Positions 1-11,081 are shown, counted from the first letter of the stretch. The stretch is 64,000 nucleotides of DNA from an uncultured Actinomycetes bacterium (GCA_963839285.1 CAWIUN010000009.1:13016-77015); one strand, 5' to 3'. A program made the numbers and translations. Notes: generated by a model from the letters alone, not told the origin.

Positions 1-444
1 CGCGTTCAGCGCCGTGCCGCCGGTCGGCTCGCGCGGCAGGTCGAGCGTCAGGCGGGGCTCGTAGACGATCCCGGCGAGGTGGGCGCCGGCCCCGCCGCCC
101 CGCATCAGCCGCCGCTCGTCGCGGACGCCGAAGAAGCCCGTCCACTCGGCGCCCGAGTAGGTCGTCGGGATCGAGACGACGGGCAGGCCGGTCGCGGCGG
201 AGATCGCCTTCGCGAGGTCGATCGCGCTGCCGCCGCCGAGCGCGAGCAGCCCGTCGCAGCCGGACGCCTCCCGCGCGGCGGCGTCGAGGTCGGCGCTCGG
301 CACCTGCGACCAGACGCCCTGCACGGGCACCGGCAGCTCGAGCCCCGAGGAGCGGCGGCTCGCGACGAGGAGGGGCCGCCCGACGCCGGCGTCGACGAGG
401 ACGCCGCCGAGCTCCTCGAGCCCCCAGCGGACGATCGGCCTCAC
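1..444 (-). CDS. Iron-containing alcohol dehydrogenase family protein (maleylacetate reductase-like); partial, C-terminus lies beyond the window edge
   Basis: Minus-strand frame is open to the window edge, so it is absent from the ORF track. Translation from GTG 444 reads VRPIVRWGLEELGG...LALGGGSAIDLAKAISAATGLPVVSIPTTYSGAEWTG...LTLDLPREPTGGTALNA. The GGGS-x-D-x-AK and PTTxSG motifs are Fe-ADH signatures. GTGA overlap with the LysR stop. Confidence 0.75.
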   Translation of the reverse strand, partial: MRPIVRWGLEELGGVLVDAGVGRPLLVASRRSSGLELPVPVQGVWSQVPSADLDAAAREASGCDGLLALGGGSAIDLAKAISAATGLPVVSIPTTYSGAEWTGFFGVRDERRLMRGGGAGAHLAGIVYEPRLTLDLPREPTGGTALNA

Positions 445-1331
445 GCCAGCTCCTCGCGGCAGAAGGCGACGAAGGCCTCCGCGGCGCGGGTCGGCGTCCG
501 TCCGCTCGAGCGCACGAGGGCGAGATCGCGCGCCGGCGCGAAGCCCTCGACGTGGGCGGCGGCGAGCGCGCCCGCCTCGAGCTCGGCCTCGACGGAGGTG
601 CGCGAGATGAAGGTGAGGCCGTAGCCGCGCTGGACGGCCGTCTTGACCGACTCCTGCAGCCCGAGCTCGACCCGCACGTCGAGGTCGCGCAGCCGCAGCC
701 CCTGCGCGCGGAGCTCGTCCTCGAGCACCTGGCGGACCCCCGCGCCCTCCTGCATCGCGATCAGCGGCTCGCTGCGCAGCTCCTCGAGCGTGATCGTGCG
801 GTCGGCGAACCGGTGCCCCGGCGGGCAGACGAGGATCACCTCGTCGCGGAAGAACGACTCGAAGGAGACGCCGCGGTGCCGGCGGGCCGCGCCGACGACG
901 CCGAGCTCGAGCTCGCGGTCGGCGACGAGCTCGATCACGCGCTGGGTGTCGAAGACCGAGAGCGAGACGTGCAGCTCGGGGTTGCGCCGCTGGAACTCGC
1001 AGACGAGCGTCGCCATCACGATCCCGCCGGGCCCGGTCGAGGCGCCGAGCTCGAGCGTGCCGGTCAGCGCTCCGTCGTCGGCGCCGATCTCCTCGAGCAG
1101 CTGCCCCTCGAGCGCGAGCAGCCGCTGCGCGCCCCGGTAGAGCCGCAGCCCGGCCTCGGTCGGCTCGACCCGGCGGCCGGAGCGGTCGAGCAGCTGCGTC
1201 CCGAGCCGCTTCTCGAGCGCGCGCACCTGCAGGCTGACCGCCGGCTGGGTCACCCCGAGCCGCTCCGCCGCCTGCGAGAAGCTGCGGCGGTCGACGACCT
1301 CGCAGAACGCCGCCAGCTGACGCGTGTCCAT
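441..1331 (-). CDS. LysR family transcriptional regulator
   Basis: 296-aa ORF. The N-terminal HTH MDTRQLAAFCEVVDRRSFSQAAERLGVTQPAVSLQVRALE is followed by a LysR substrate-binding domain. Confidence 0.9.
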   Translation of the reverse strand: MDTRQLAAFCEVVDRRSFSQAAERLGVTQPAVSLQVRALEKRLGTQLLDRSGRRVEPTEAGLRLYRGAQRLLALEGQLLEEIGADDGALTGTLELGASTGPGGIVMATLVCEFQRRNPELHVSLSVFDTQRVIELVADRELELGVVGAARRHRGVSFESFFRDEVILVCPPGHRFADRTITLEELRSEPLIAMQEGAGVRQVLEDELRAQGLRLRDLDVRVELGLQESVKTAVQRGYGLTFISRTSVEAELEAGALAAAHVEGFAPARDLALVRSSGRTPTRAAEAFVAFCREELA

Positions 1332-1762
1332 AAGCGGACCGTATCGCGCCGCGGACGTCCAGCCGGGTCCGTCGTCGCGGCTCGGACTAGCTCGTCGACC
1401 CGGCTCTCGACGAACTCGAGCCGGTTGCCGAACGGGTCGTCGGCGTAGAAGCGGCGCACGCCCGGGATCAGGTCGTCGTCGCGCGTCTCGACGCCCGCCT
1501 CCGCGAGCCTGCGCCGCAGCTCGTCGTAGCCCTCGACCCGGAAGGCGGGATGCGCCTTGGTCGCGGCGGCGAACGGCTCGGCGACGCCGACGTGGAGCTG
1601 ACGGCCGTCCGGGAGCCCGAACCAGGCGCCGCCGCGCGTCTCGAGCGCCGCCGGCTTGGCCAGCTCCTCGAGCCCGAGCAGCCCTCCGAAGAACGCGCGC
1701 GCCTCGTCCTCGCGGCCGGCGGGCGCGGCGAGCTGGACGTGGTCGAGCCCGGTCAGGCGCAT
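1250..1762 (-). CDS. VOC (glyoxalase/bleomycin resistance/dioxygenase) family protein; 3' end uncertain
   Basis: MRLTGLDHVQLAAP...FYADDPFGNRLEFVES is a typical single VOC domain. The ORF runs about 45 codons past the domain and overlaps the LysR start by 82 nt. An out-of-frame TAG at 1387-1389 sits where the protein would be expected to end, so an indel is possible. Confidence 0.7.
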   Translation of the reverse strand: MRLTGLDHVQLAAPAGREDEARAFFGGLLGLEELAKPAALETRGGAWFGLPDGRQLHVGVAEPFAAATKAHPAFRVEGYDELRRRLAEAGVETRDDDLIPGVRRFYADDPFGNRLEFVESRVDELVRAATTDPAGRPRRDTVRLWTRVSWRRSARSSTAAASRRRRSGSG

Positions 1763-1786
1763 CGGAGGAAGGTCTAGCATCAACCC

Positions 1787-2800
1787 GTGGCGACGACGCC
1801 GCCCCCGCTCGAGGACACGCTGGTCCGGGGCTACACCCGGCTGGCGGGCAGGTCGGCCCGGCGCCGGATCGACCTGGAGCTGCGCCTGCTCGACGTCCTG
1901 CTGGCGCTCGTGCTCGGCCTGCTGAGCCTGCCGCTCGTGCTCGCGATCGCGGCGGCGACGCTGCTCGCGGACGGGCGGCCGGTGCTCTACCGCGGCGAGC
2001 GGGTCGGGCGGGCGGGCCGCTTCTTCACGATCGTCAAGTTCAGGACGCTGCGCGTCGGCGCCGAGGAGCGGCTCGGCCACCTGCTCGGGCCGGAGCTCGT
2101 CGCGGCGACCCTGCGGGAGCACACCCGGCTCGGCCGCTGGCTGAAGGCGAGCCAGCTCGACGAGCTGCCGCAGCTCTGGAACGTGCTCCGCGGCGACATG
2201 TGCCTCGTCGGGCCGCGGCCGATCCGCCCGCGCTTCTTCAGCGAGCTCGCGCACGAGATCCCCGCCTACTGGCAGCGGCTCGTCGTCCGCCCCGGGCTGA
2301 CCGGGCTGGCGCAGATGCGGCGCGGCTACGAGACCTCGATGGAGGAGAAGCTCGCGCACGACCTCGAATGGGTCGCCGACCGGTCGGTGCCGCTGTACCT
2401 GCGCACGCTCGCTCTCGACGGCCGTCCGGGTCCTCAGGCAGAGTCTGCGCCGATGAGGACCGTCGCGCTCGCAGACGAGGACGGCCGCGTCGTCTGCGCG
2501 CGCTGCGCGGTCGCCGACACCTTCGGGACGCGGCTGCGCGGGCTGCTCGGCCGGCGCGGGCTCGAGCCCGACGAGGGGCTGCTGATCCGGCCGACGAACT
2601 CGATCCACATGTTCTTCATGCGCTTCGCGATCGACGCGGTCTTCCTCTCCCGCGACGGCGAGGTGCTGCGCGTCGTCGAGGAGCTCCGGCCGTGGCGGGC
2701 GGCGATGCGGCGCGGGGCGAAGTCCGTGGTCGAGCTGCCTGCGGGCGCCGCGGGCCGGGCGGGCATCCGCGAGGGCATGCGGCTCGCCGAGCGGGCCTGA
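1787..2800 (+). CDS. Bacterial sugar transferase (polyprenyl-phosphate glycosyl-1-phosphate transferase, WbaP/PglC-like) fused in frame to a DUF192 domain
   Basis: GTG start, with GGAGGAAGG 15 nt upstream. One TM helix, then FTIVKFRTL...DELPQLWNVLRGDMCLVGPRP...RPGLTGLAQ (Bac_transf signature). From Met at 2453: ADTFGTRLRGLLGRR...LLIRPTNSIHMFFMRFAIDAVFL...VVELPAG (DUF192 signature). No stop separates the two parts. Confidence 0.8.
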   Translation: MATTPPPLEDTLVRGYTRLAGRSARRRIDLELRLLDVLLALVLGLLSLPLVLAIAAATLLADGRPVLYRGERVGRAGRFFTIVKFRTLRVGAEERLGHLLGPELVAATLREHTRLGRWLKASQLDELPQLWNVLRGDMCLVGPRPIRPRFFSELAHEIPAYWQRLVVRPGLTGLAQMRRGYETSMEEKLAHDLEWVADRSVPLYLRTLALDGRPGPQAESAPMRTVALADEDGRVVCARCAVADTFGTRLRGLLGRRGLEPDEGLLIRPTNSIHMFFMRFAIDAVFLSRDGEVLRVVEELRPWRAAMRRGAKSVVELPAGAAGRAGIREGMRLAERA

Positions 2801-2880
2801 CCCGGGGCCTGCCGCCGCGCGAGCGTCTCGGCGCGGGCCGCCGCGGCCGACGCCCGGCGAGTCTCTAGAGTTCGCGCCCC

Positions 2881-4765
2881 ATGTGCGGGATCTGCGGGAT
2901 CGCCTCGACCGGCGGCGCCGACCGCGACGCGCTCGCGCGGATGAGCGCGCGGCTCGTCCATCGGGGCCCCGACTCGGACGGCGTCTTCGTCGACGGGCCG
3001 GCGGGCCTCGCGGCGCGGCGGCTCGCGATCATCGACCTCGAGACCGGCGACCAGCCGATCGCGAACGAGGACGGCTCCGTCCACGTCGTCCAGAACGGCG
3101 AGATCTACAACTACGAGGAGCTGCGCGCGCGGCTCGAGCGCGCCGGCCACCGCTTCGCGACCCACGGCGACACCGAGGTGCTCGTCCACGCCTACGAGGA
3201 GTGGGGCGTCGCCTTCCCCGAGCGGCTGCGGGGCATGTTCGCGGTCGCGGTCTGGGACGCCGGCGCGGCGGCGGCTCGTGCTCGCCCGCGACCGCTACGG
3301 GATCAAGCCGCTCTACTGGCGCGACGGCCCGGACGGGCTGCTCTTCGCCTCGGAGCTGCGGGCGCTGCCGCGCGGCGAGGTCGACCTCGACGCGCTCGAG
3401 GCGTTCCTCGCCTTCAACTCGATCCCGGCGCCGCTCTCGATCTTCCGGGAGACGCGCAAGCTGCCGCCCGGGCACGTGCTCGTCCGCGAGGGGGACGGCG
3501 AGCCGCGGCTCGAGCGCTACGCGCGCCCGGGGCCGCTGCCGGAGCGCGGCGACGACGACGAGGCGGAGCTCGTCGAGGAGCTGCGGGCGCGGCTGCGCGA
3601 CTCCGTGCGGGCGCACCTCGTCTCGGACGTCCCGGTCGGGGTGCTGCTCTCGGGCGGGGTCGACTCGGGCCTGCTCGCGGCGCTCGCCGCGCAGGAGTCC
3701 TCCGAGCCGGTGCGGACCTTCTCGATCGGCTTCGAGGAGCAGTCCTTCGACGAGCTCGCCGACGCGCGCGTCGTCGCGGAGCGCTACGGCACCGACCACC
3801 GCGAGCTCGTCCTGCGCCCCGACGCGGCCCTGCTCCTGCCCGCGCTCGCCGAGGCCTTCGACGAGCCCTTCGCCGACTCGTCCGCCCTGCCGACCTACCT
3901 CGTCTCGGAGCTCGCCTCCCGCGACGTCAAGGTCGCGCTCTCCGGCGAGGGCGGCGACGAGCTCTTCGGCGGCTACTACACCTACGCGGCCGACCTGCTC
4001 GCGCTCCGCTTCGGCTTCGCCGCGCCGGCGCTGCGGCCGCTCGTCGAGCGGCTGCCGGCCTCGACGCGGAAGGCGAGCCTCGACTACAGGGCGAAGCGGT
4101 TCGTGCGTGCCGCCCATCTGCCGCCGCTCGAGGCCCACCACGGCTGGAAGGAGATCTTCGCGCCGGAGCTGCGCGCCGAGCTGACCGGCCGCCGGCACGG
4201 CTTCGACCCGGTCGACCTCTACCGCGGGCGCTACGCCGAGACCGAGGGCGCGGACGTGCTCGCGCGGCTGCAGGACGTCGACTTCGGCATCTACCTCGTC
4301 GACGACCTGCTCGTGAAGACCGACCGGGCGTCGATGGCGCACTCGCTGGAGGTACGCGTGCCGTTCCTCGACCCGCTGGTGACGAGCTTCGCGTTCTCGC
4401 TGCCGCGGCATCGGAAGGTGCGCGGGCTGCAGAAGAAGGTGCTGCTGCGGAAGGCGGCCGAGCCGCTCCTGCCGCACGGGGTCGTGCACGGGCGCAAGCG
4501 CGGCTTCTCGATCCCGGCTGCGGCCTGGCTCCGCGGCGGCCTGGAGCCGTTCGCCCGCGAGACGCTGGCCGCGGAGACGCTGCGGCGGCAGGGGTTCTTC
4601 GACCCGGCGGTCGTCGGCCGGCTGCTCGACGACCACGTCGCCGGCCGCGAGGACCGCTCGCGCCAGCTCTGGGGCCTGCTCGCGTTCACGCTCTGGCACG
4701 AGCGCCACGTCGAGCGCGAGCCGGCGCCGCTGCGCTCGGCGCGCATGGAGGCGCTCGTCCGGTGA
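2881..4765 (+). CDS. asnB: Asparagine synthase (glutamine-hydrolysing) family amidotransferase; frameshifted near 3258-3275
   Basis: MCGICGI N-terminal nucleophile start and GATase domain (2881 frame). The protein continues as LARDRYGIKPLYW...SGGVDSG...synthetase domain in the 3278..4765 frame. A +1 shift lies inside the run gccggcgcggcggcggc. Confidence 0.85.
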
Positions 4766-5160
4766 GCATCGAGTCGCTGCGGCCGTTCGAGCTCGCCCAT
4801 CCGGGCACGGAGCTGCGCCGGCGCCTCGTCGCGCTCGTGCTCGAGGGCGTCAAGACGGCGACCGCCGGGCGGCTGCAGGACTTCTCGGACGAGGATCCCG
4901 TCCCGGTCCCGGGCGAGCGGTTCGCGCTCGTCGACGCCGACGGGAGCCGCGTCGCGGTGGTCGAGACGACCGAGGTGCGGATCGTGCGCGCGGCCGACGT
5001 CGACGTCGCGTTCGCCCGCGACGAGGGCGAGGGCTTCGAGACGGTCGCCGACTGGCGCGCGGCGCACGAGCGCTTCTGGGCGGGTGACGGCGGTCTCGAG
5101 GACGACACGCAGGTCGTCTGCGAGCGCTTCCGGGTCGTCGAGCGGCCGGCCGCCTCGTGA
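4762..5160 (+). CDS. ASCH domain-containing protein
   Basis: 132 aa from GTG 4762 (GTGA overlap with the asnB stop). LVLEGVKTATAG...ERFALVD...EVRIV...DEGEGF...WRAAHERFW resembles the ASCH beta-barrel fold. Confidence 0.65.
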   Translation: MSIESLRPFELAHPGTELRRRLVALVLEGVKTATAGRLQDFSDEDPVPVPGERFALVDADGSRVAVVETTEVRIVRAADVDVAFARDEGEGFETVADWRAAHERFWAGDGGLEDDTQVVCERFRVVERPAAS

Positions 5161-6176
5161 GGGTCTGGATCGACATGACGGCGAGCGCGCATCCGCTCGT
5201 CTACCGGCCGCTGATCGGGCTGCTGCGGGAGCGCGGCGACGAGGTCGAGATCACGGCGCGCGACTACGCGCAGACCCTGCAGCTGCTCCGCCTGCACGGG
5301 CTCGAGCCCGACGCCGTGATCGGCCACCACGCCGGCCGCTCGCGGCTGCAGAAGGGGCGGGCGATGGCGGGGCGGCTCCGGGGGCTGCGGCGCTTCGCGA
5401 AGGGCCGCGGCTTCGACCTCGCCCTCGCCCACGGCTCGCACGAGCTGACGCTGACCGCGCGGCGGCTCGGGATCCCGAGCGCGACGACGTTCGACTACGA
5501 GTGGGCCTGGCTGCAGCACCAGCTCGGCTGCCGCGCGGCGACGAAGGTGGTCGTCCCGGAGTCGATCCCGCCCGAGCGGCTCGCGCGCTACGGGGCCGTG
5601 CCGCCGAAGCTGCTCCAGTACCCGGGGCTGAAGGAGGAGTACTACCTCGCCGACTTCGAGCCCGACGCCGCGGTGCTGGAGCCGTGGGATCTCGACCCGG
5701 CGCGGGTGCTCGTCGTCCTGCGGCCGCCGCCCGACGTCTCGCTCTACCACCGGCAGTCGAACCCGCTCTTCCCGCAGACGCTCGACCACGTCGGCCGGCG
5801 GGACGACGTGCACGCGATCGTGCTCCCGCGCACCGACGAGCAGCGCGAGTACGTGAAGCGGCTCGGGCTCCCGTCGGTGATCGTCCCCGAGCAGGCCGTC
5901 GACGCCCAGAGCCTGATCGCGCTCTCCGACCTGGTCGTCTCGGCCGGCGGGACGATGAACCGCGAGGCGGCGGCGCTCGGCATCCGCGTCTACACGACCT
6001 ACGGCGGCCGCCTCGGCGGCGTCGACGAGGAGCTGATCCGGCAGGGCCGCCTGCGGCCGCTGACCGATCCGCGGGCGCTCGAGCTCGTCAAGCGGCACGA
6101 CGCGGCGGAGCCGCGCGTCCGCCGCGACCCGCAGGTGCTGCTCGACCTGCTGCTCTCGGCCCGCGAGCCGGGCTGA
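5157..6176 (+). CDS. DUF354 domain-containing protein (GT-B-like, glycan biosynthesis associated)
   Basis: 339 aa. [44 protein letters not shown] and C-terminal [14 protein letters not shown] match the DUF354 pattern. Start overlaps the ASCH stop. Confidence 0.65.
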   Translation: MRVWIDMTASAHPLVYRPLIGLLRERGDEVEITARDYAQTLQLLRLHGLEPDAVIGHHAGRSRLQKGRAMAGRLRGLRRFAKGRGFDLALAHGSHELTLTARRLGIPSATTFDYEWAWLQHQLGCRAATKVVVPESIPPERLARYGAVPPKLLQYPGLKEEYYLADFEPDAAVLEPWDLDPARVLVVLRPPPDVSLYHRQSNPLFPQTLDHVGRRDDVHAIVLPRTDEQREYVKRLGLPSVIVPEQAVDAQSLIALSDLVVSAGGTMNREAAALGIRVYTTYGGRLGGVDEELIRQGRLRPLTDPRALELVKRHDAAEPRVRRDPQVLLDLLLSAREPG

Positions 6177-6220
6177 CGCGGCGGCTCGGGCCGCAGAGGG
6201 AGCGACCCGGCGAGCGTCGC

Positions 6221-8052
6221 TCAGGCGACCGCGAGCGCGGCCAGCACGTCGTCGCCGTAGCGCTCGAGCTTCGCCGGGCCGACGCCCGGGATCTGCGAGA
6301 GCTCGCCGAGCGTCTGCGGCCGGCGCGCGGCGATCTCGGCCAGCGTCGCGTCGTGGAAGACGACGTAGGCGGGCACCGCGTCGGCCTGCGAGCGCTCCCG
6401 CCGCCAGCTGCGCAGCGACTCGAAGAGCGGGTCGCCCTCCGGCTTCGGCCCCGCCGGCCTCGGGCGCGCGCGTCCGGACGCCGAGCTCGGCGAGGAACGG
6501 GCTCGGCCTGCGCGACCACGTCAGGGCCAGGTGGACGCGCGCGCGGGTCATGCCGACGTAGAGCAGCCGCCGCTCCTCGTCGACCTCGGCGTCGGTGCGC
6601 GCCTGCCGGGACGGCAGCTCCTTGTCGTCGAGCCGCGGCAGGAAGACGGCGTCGAACTCGAGCCCCTTGGCGCGGTGGTAGGTGAGGAGGTTGACGCCCG
6701 AGGCCTCGGGGCCGCCGGAGGAGAAGCGCGCGCGCAGGTCGTCCGCGAAGGCCGTCCCGGAACCGTCGAAGGCCTCTGCGAGCCGCACGAGCCGGGCGAG
6801 GTCGGTCTGGCGGACGAGCTCCCGCTCGCCGAGCTTGTCCGGCACGACCTCGAGCAGACCGGCGTCGAGGGCGAGCCGCCGGACCTGCTCGGCCGCGGGG
6901 CCGCCGTCGAGCCGGCGCAGCAGCGAGCGCGCCGCCTGCCGCTCGAGCAGCGAGGCGCCCTGGAACGGGATCTCCGCGTCGTGGAAGCGCTCCTCGAAGT
7001 CGGCCAGCCGGGCGTTCGTGCGGCAGAGCACCGCCACCTGCTCGAGCGGGCAGTCGAGCTCGCGGATCCGCCCGACGATCCAGGCGTCCTCGTCGGCGGC
7101 GCTCGCGAACGGCCGCACCTCCGGCTCGGGCCCGGCCGGCCGGGCGGCGCGGAGCGTCTTCTCGGCGCCTCCGAGCAGCGGCACGAGCCGGTTCGCGAGG
7201 GCGAGCACCTGCGGCGTCGAGCGGTAGTTCTCCTCGAGCCGGACGACGGCCGCGTGCGGGAACCGCCGCGGCGCGGCGAGCAGGTGCTCGGGGCCGGCGC
7301 CGGTGAAGGCGTAGATCGACTGGTAGTCGTCGCCGACGACGCAGAGGTCGTCGCGGTCGCCGAGCCAGAGGTCGAGCAGCGTCTGCTGCAGCAGGTTGAC
7401 GTCCTGGTACTCGTCGACGGTGAAGGCGGCGTAGCGCGCGCGGAAGCCGTCGACCGCCGCCGGGTCGCGCTCGTAGAGGCGCACGGCCTGCTCGAGCAGG
7501 TCCTCGAAGTCGGTCAGGCCCTGCTCGGCCTTGCGCGCCTCGTAGGTGCGGTAGACCCGGGCCATCAGGTCGGCCGGGATCGGCGGCTCGTGCCCGCCCA
7601 GCTCGCCGAGGTAGCGCTCGGGCCCGATCCGGCGGTTCTTCGCCCACTCGATCTCGGTCGCGAGGTCGCCGGCCGGCCGGAACTTGTACGGCGCCGGCAG
7701 GCCGTTCGCCGATCTGGCGCAGCGCGACGGCCTTCGAGGCGACGATCCGGCCGACCGCCCCGGGCGCGAAGTGGCGCAGCTGCGCCAGCGCCGCCGAGTG
7801 GAAGGTGGAGGCGCGGACGCCGGTCGCACCGAGGCGCGCCAGCCGCTCCCGCAGCTCGCCGGCGGCCTTGTCGGTGAAGGTGACGGCGAGGATCTGCCCC
7901 GGCGCGAACGCGCCCGTCGCGACCTGGTTCGCGATCCGCCGCGTGATCGTCGTCGTCTTGCCCGAGCCCGCGCCGGCGAGGATGCAGACGGGCCCGCGCA
8001 CCGCCTCGGCGGCGCGGCGCTGCTCCGCGTTCAGGCCCTCGAGGACGTCCAC
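6221..8052 (-). CDS. UvrD/Rep/PcrA superfamily-1 DNA helicase with C-terminal HRDC-like domain (UvrD2-like); two frameshifts (about 7710 and about 6450)
   Basis: Walker [13 protein letters not shown], then DEYQD, YRST, VLCRTN and [11 protein letters not shown]...[10 protein letters not shown] motifs, spread over three frames. The last 75 aa ([63 protein letters not shown]) look like an HRDC domain. Stop TGA at 6221-6223. Confidence 0.85.
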
Positions 8053-8111
8053 CGGGCCACCTTAGCGGCGGCCGCGGCGCGCAGCTGTGCCGAGTCCGTG
8101 CCTTCGGTGGA

Positions 8112-10000
8112 TCAGTGCATCGTGTCCTCGAGCGCCGGCTCGCGTGCGACGGCGCCGAGGCGCTTCTGGCCGCGGATCATCCCGTTCAGCTTCGCGACGA
8201 CGTCGAGCGTCGAGCCCTGGTCGACGAGATGCGAGAGCTCGCCGAGCTGCTCCTCGAGCCAGACGGTGTCGATCGCCTCGCGGGTCGAGCGGCGGATCTT
8301 CGGGTGCTTGGTCGGGAGCACCTCCTCGCCGTCCGACCAGAGCTCCTCGTGCAGCTTCTCGCCGGCGCGCGCGCCGACGTAGCGGATCTCGATCTCGGAC
8401 TCGTCCTTGCCCGAGAGCCGGATCATGCTCTTCGCCAGCTCGAGGATCGAGACCGGCTCGCCCATGTCGAGCACGTAGACCTGGCCGTGGTTGCCGAACG
8501 CTCCCGCCTGGACGATCAGCGAGACCGCCTCCGGGATCGTCATGAAGTAGCGCGTCATCTCCGGGTGCGTGACCGTGACCGGGCCTCCGCGCTCGATCTG
8601 CTTGCGGAAGATCGGGATCACCGAGCCGGAGGAGTTGAGCACGTTGCCGAAGCGCACCGCGACGAAGCGCGTCTCGACGTCCTCGCGCAGCCCGTACGCC
8701 TCGAGAATCCACTCGCAGACCGCCTTCGACTGGCCCATCATGTCTTCGGGTTCGCGGCCTTGTCGGTCGAGACGAGCACGAAGCGCTTCGCGCCGGACTC
8801 GACCGCGACCTCGGCGATCGTCCGGGTGCCGAAGACGTTGTTGCGCACCGACTCGACCGGGTTCGCCTCGAGCAGCGGCACGTGCTTGTAGGCGGCGGCG
8901 TGGAAGACGACGGCCGGCGCGTAGCGCTGGAAGACCTCGCGCATCTTCGCCCGGTCCTTGACGTCGCCGAGCACCGGCACCGCGGGCGAGAAGTCGCGCT
9001 CCTCGAGCAGCTCGCGCTCGATCTCGAACAGGGCGGCCTCGGAGTGGTCGACGAGGATCAGGCGGCCGGCGCCGACGCGGGCGATCTGGCGGCAGAGCTC
9101 GGAGCCGATCGAGCCGCCGGCGCCGGTCACGAGCACGGTCTCGCCCGCGAGGTAGGAGGCGATCGCGGCCAGGTCGACGTCGACCGGCTCCCGGCCGAGC
9201 ACGTCCTCGACCTGCACCGGGCGCAGCTGCCGGGCGAGGTCGACGTCGCCGGAGATCAGCTCCTGCAGGGCGGGCAGCGTCTTGACGGCGACGCCGTCGG
9301 CGCGGCAGGCCTCGACGATCCGCTGGCGGGTCGCGCCCGAGGCGGTGGGGATCGCGATCAGCACCTCGTCCGGCTTGTGCTCGCGCAGGAGCCGCCGCAG
9401 GTCGTCGACCTGGCCGAGGACGCGGACGCCGTGGATGCGCAGGTTCTTCTTGCGCGGGTCGTCGTCGACGATCCCGATCGGCGTCAGCGAGAGCCGCGGG
9501 TTCCGCTGCAGCTCGCGGATGATCAGCTGGCCCGCGTCGCCGGCGCCGACGACGATCACCTCGCGGCCGCGGGCGACGAGCGAGCCGGGCCGCGGCCGCT
9601 CCATCAGCGAGCGGGCGAGCAGCCTCGTGCCGGCGACGAAGGCGAGCGTCAGCAGCAGGTCCATGACGGCGATCGAGCGCGGCAGCCGGACGTTGTTGAC
9701 CGGCTCGGCCAGGTAGACGGTCACGTAGGCGACGAGCGAGGCGACGACGACGCCGCGCGCGGCGCCCCACATGTCGCGCGTCGAGACGTAGCGCCACCAG
9801 CGGTTGTAGAAGCCGAAGGCGACGAAGACGACCAGCTTGATCGCGAGGACGATCAGGATCGTCTTCGAGAGCAGCGTCCGGTAGTAGATCGGGACGCCCT
9901 GGTCGAAGCGGAGCTGGAACGCGAGCCACCAGGCGGCGCTGACGAGGGCGGCGTCCGCCGCCAGCTGCCAGACGCGGTGCCGGTTGACCGGGAAGATCAT
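8112..10000 (-). CDS. Polysaccharide biosynthesis protein CapD/PglF/WbpM-like (membrane-anchored NDP-sugar 4,6-dehydratase); frameshift near 8742
   Basis: Four N-terminal TM helices and the Rossmann motif VLVTGAGGSIGSEL. STDKAANPKT is joined by a -1 shift to MGQSKAVCEW...VRFGNVLNSSGSVIPIF. Confidence 0.85.
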
Positions 10001-10004
10001 CGTC

Positions 10005-11081
10005 CTAGACGGACACGGTCGCCGCGGAGCGGACGACCGAAACCACGCGGCTCTGCTGCTCGGCCGAGATCCCGGCCCAGAGCGGCAGGCAGAGATTCTC
10101 GCGCGCAGCCTTCTCCGTCTCGGGGAAGTCCCCTTCCGCGTAGCCGAGGTAGGAGAGCGCCGGCTGGAGGTGCAGCGGCGGCTGGTAGTAGGACGCGTGG
10201 CCGATGCCCGCCTCGGTCAGCGCCTCGGAGAGGCGGTCGCGCTCCGGCGAGCGGACGCAGTACATGTGGTAGACGTGGCCCGGCTCGTCGGCGGGGAGCT
10301 CGCAGACCTCGCCGAGCCCGAGCTCGCCGTAGCGGGCGGCCGCGTCGCGGCGCTGCCGGTTCCAGCCGTCGAGGTGCGGCAGGAAGATCCGCAGGAAGGC
10401 GGCCTGGAGCGCGTCGAGGCGGGAGTTGTAGCCGACGTAGTCGAACGTCTTCTTCGCCTTCGAGCCGTGGAAGCGGAGCATCCGGATCCGCTCGCCGAGC
10501 TCGTCGTCGTTGACGGCGACGAGGCCGCCGTCGCCGACGCAGAAGAGGTTCTTGGTCGGGAAGAAGCTGAAGGTCGCGACCGGCGCGGTGCAGATGCCGC
10601 CGGCGCCGAAGGCCTGGGCCGCGTCCTCGATCACCGGCAGGCCGAGCTCCTCGAACTCGGCGACCGGCGCCGGGCGGCCGAACAGGTGCACCGGCATGAT
10701 CGCCTTCGTCCGCGGCGTGACGCGGTCGGCGACGTCGGCCGGGTCGAGGTTGAGCGTCGCCGGGTCGATCTCGGCGAAGACGGGCGTCGCGCCGCGCCGG
10801 GCGATCGCCTCGGCCGTCGCGTAGAACGTGAACGAGGGGCAGATCACCTCGTCGCCGGGGCCGACCCCGAGCGCGTCGAGCGCGAGCACGAGCGCGTCGG
10901 TGCCGTTGGCGACGCCGATCGCGCCGCGGGTGCCGAGGTACTCGGCGGCCTCGCGCTCGAACCCCTCGACCTCGGGCCCGAAGATGAACCGGCCCGACTC
11001 GAGCGTCGCCCGGAAGGCCTGCTCGAGCTGCGGGACGAGCGGCGCGTACTGCGCCTTGACGTCAACGTGCGGAATCTGCAC
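10005..11081 (-). CDS. DegT/DnrJ/EryC1/StrS family PLP-dependent sugar aminotransferase
   Basis: 358 aa. GPEVEGFEREAAEYLG, NGTDAL, FSFFPTKNL (PLP lysine region) and YNSRLD motifs. Confidence 0.9.
   Translation of the reverse strand: MQIPHVDVKAQYAPLVPQLEQAFRATLESGRFIFGPEVEGFEREAAEYLGTRGAIGVANGTDALVLALDALGVGPGDEVICPSFTFYATAEAIARRGATPVFAEIDPATLNLDPADVADRVTPRTKAIMPVHLFGRPAPVAEFEELGLPVIEDAAQAFGAGGICTAPVATFSFFPTKNLFCVGDGGLVAVNDDELGERIRMLRFHGSKAKKTFDYVGYNSRLDALQAAFLRIFLPHLDGWNRQRRDAAARYGELGLGEVCELPADEPGHVYHMYCVRSPERDRLSEALTEAGIGHASYYQPPLHLQPALSYLGYAEGDFPETEKAARENLCLPLWAGISAEQQSRVVSVVRSAATVSV

Noticed and set aside
4686-7829. 1047-aa ORF that looks like a giant helicase
   Set aside because: Only residues encoded by about 6450-7710 are in the UvrD frame. 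The remainder is antisense to the DUF354, ASCH and asnB genes. The real helicase is 6221..8052, read across two frameshifts.
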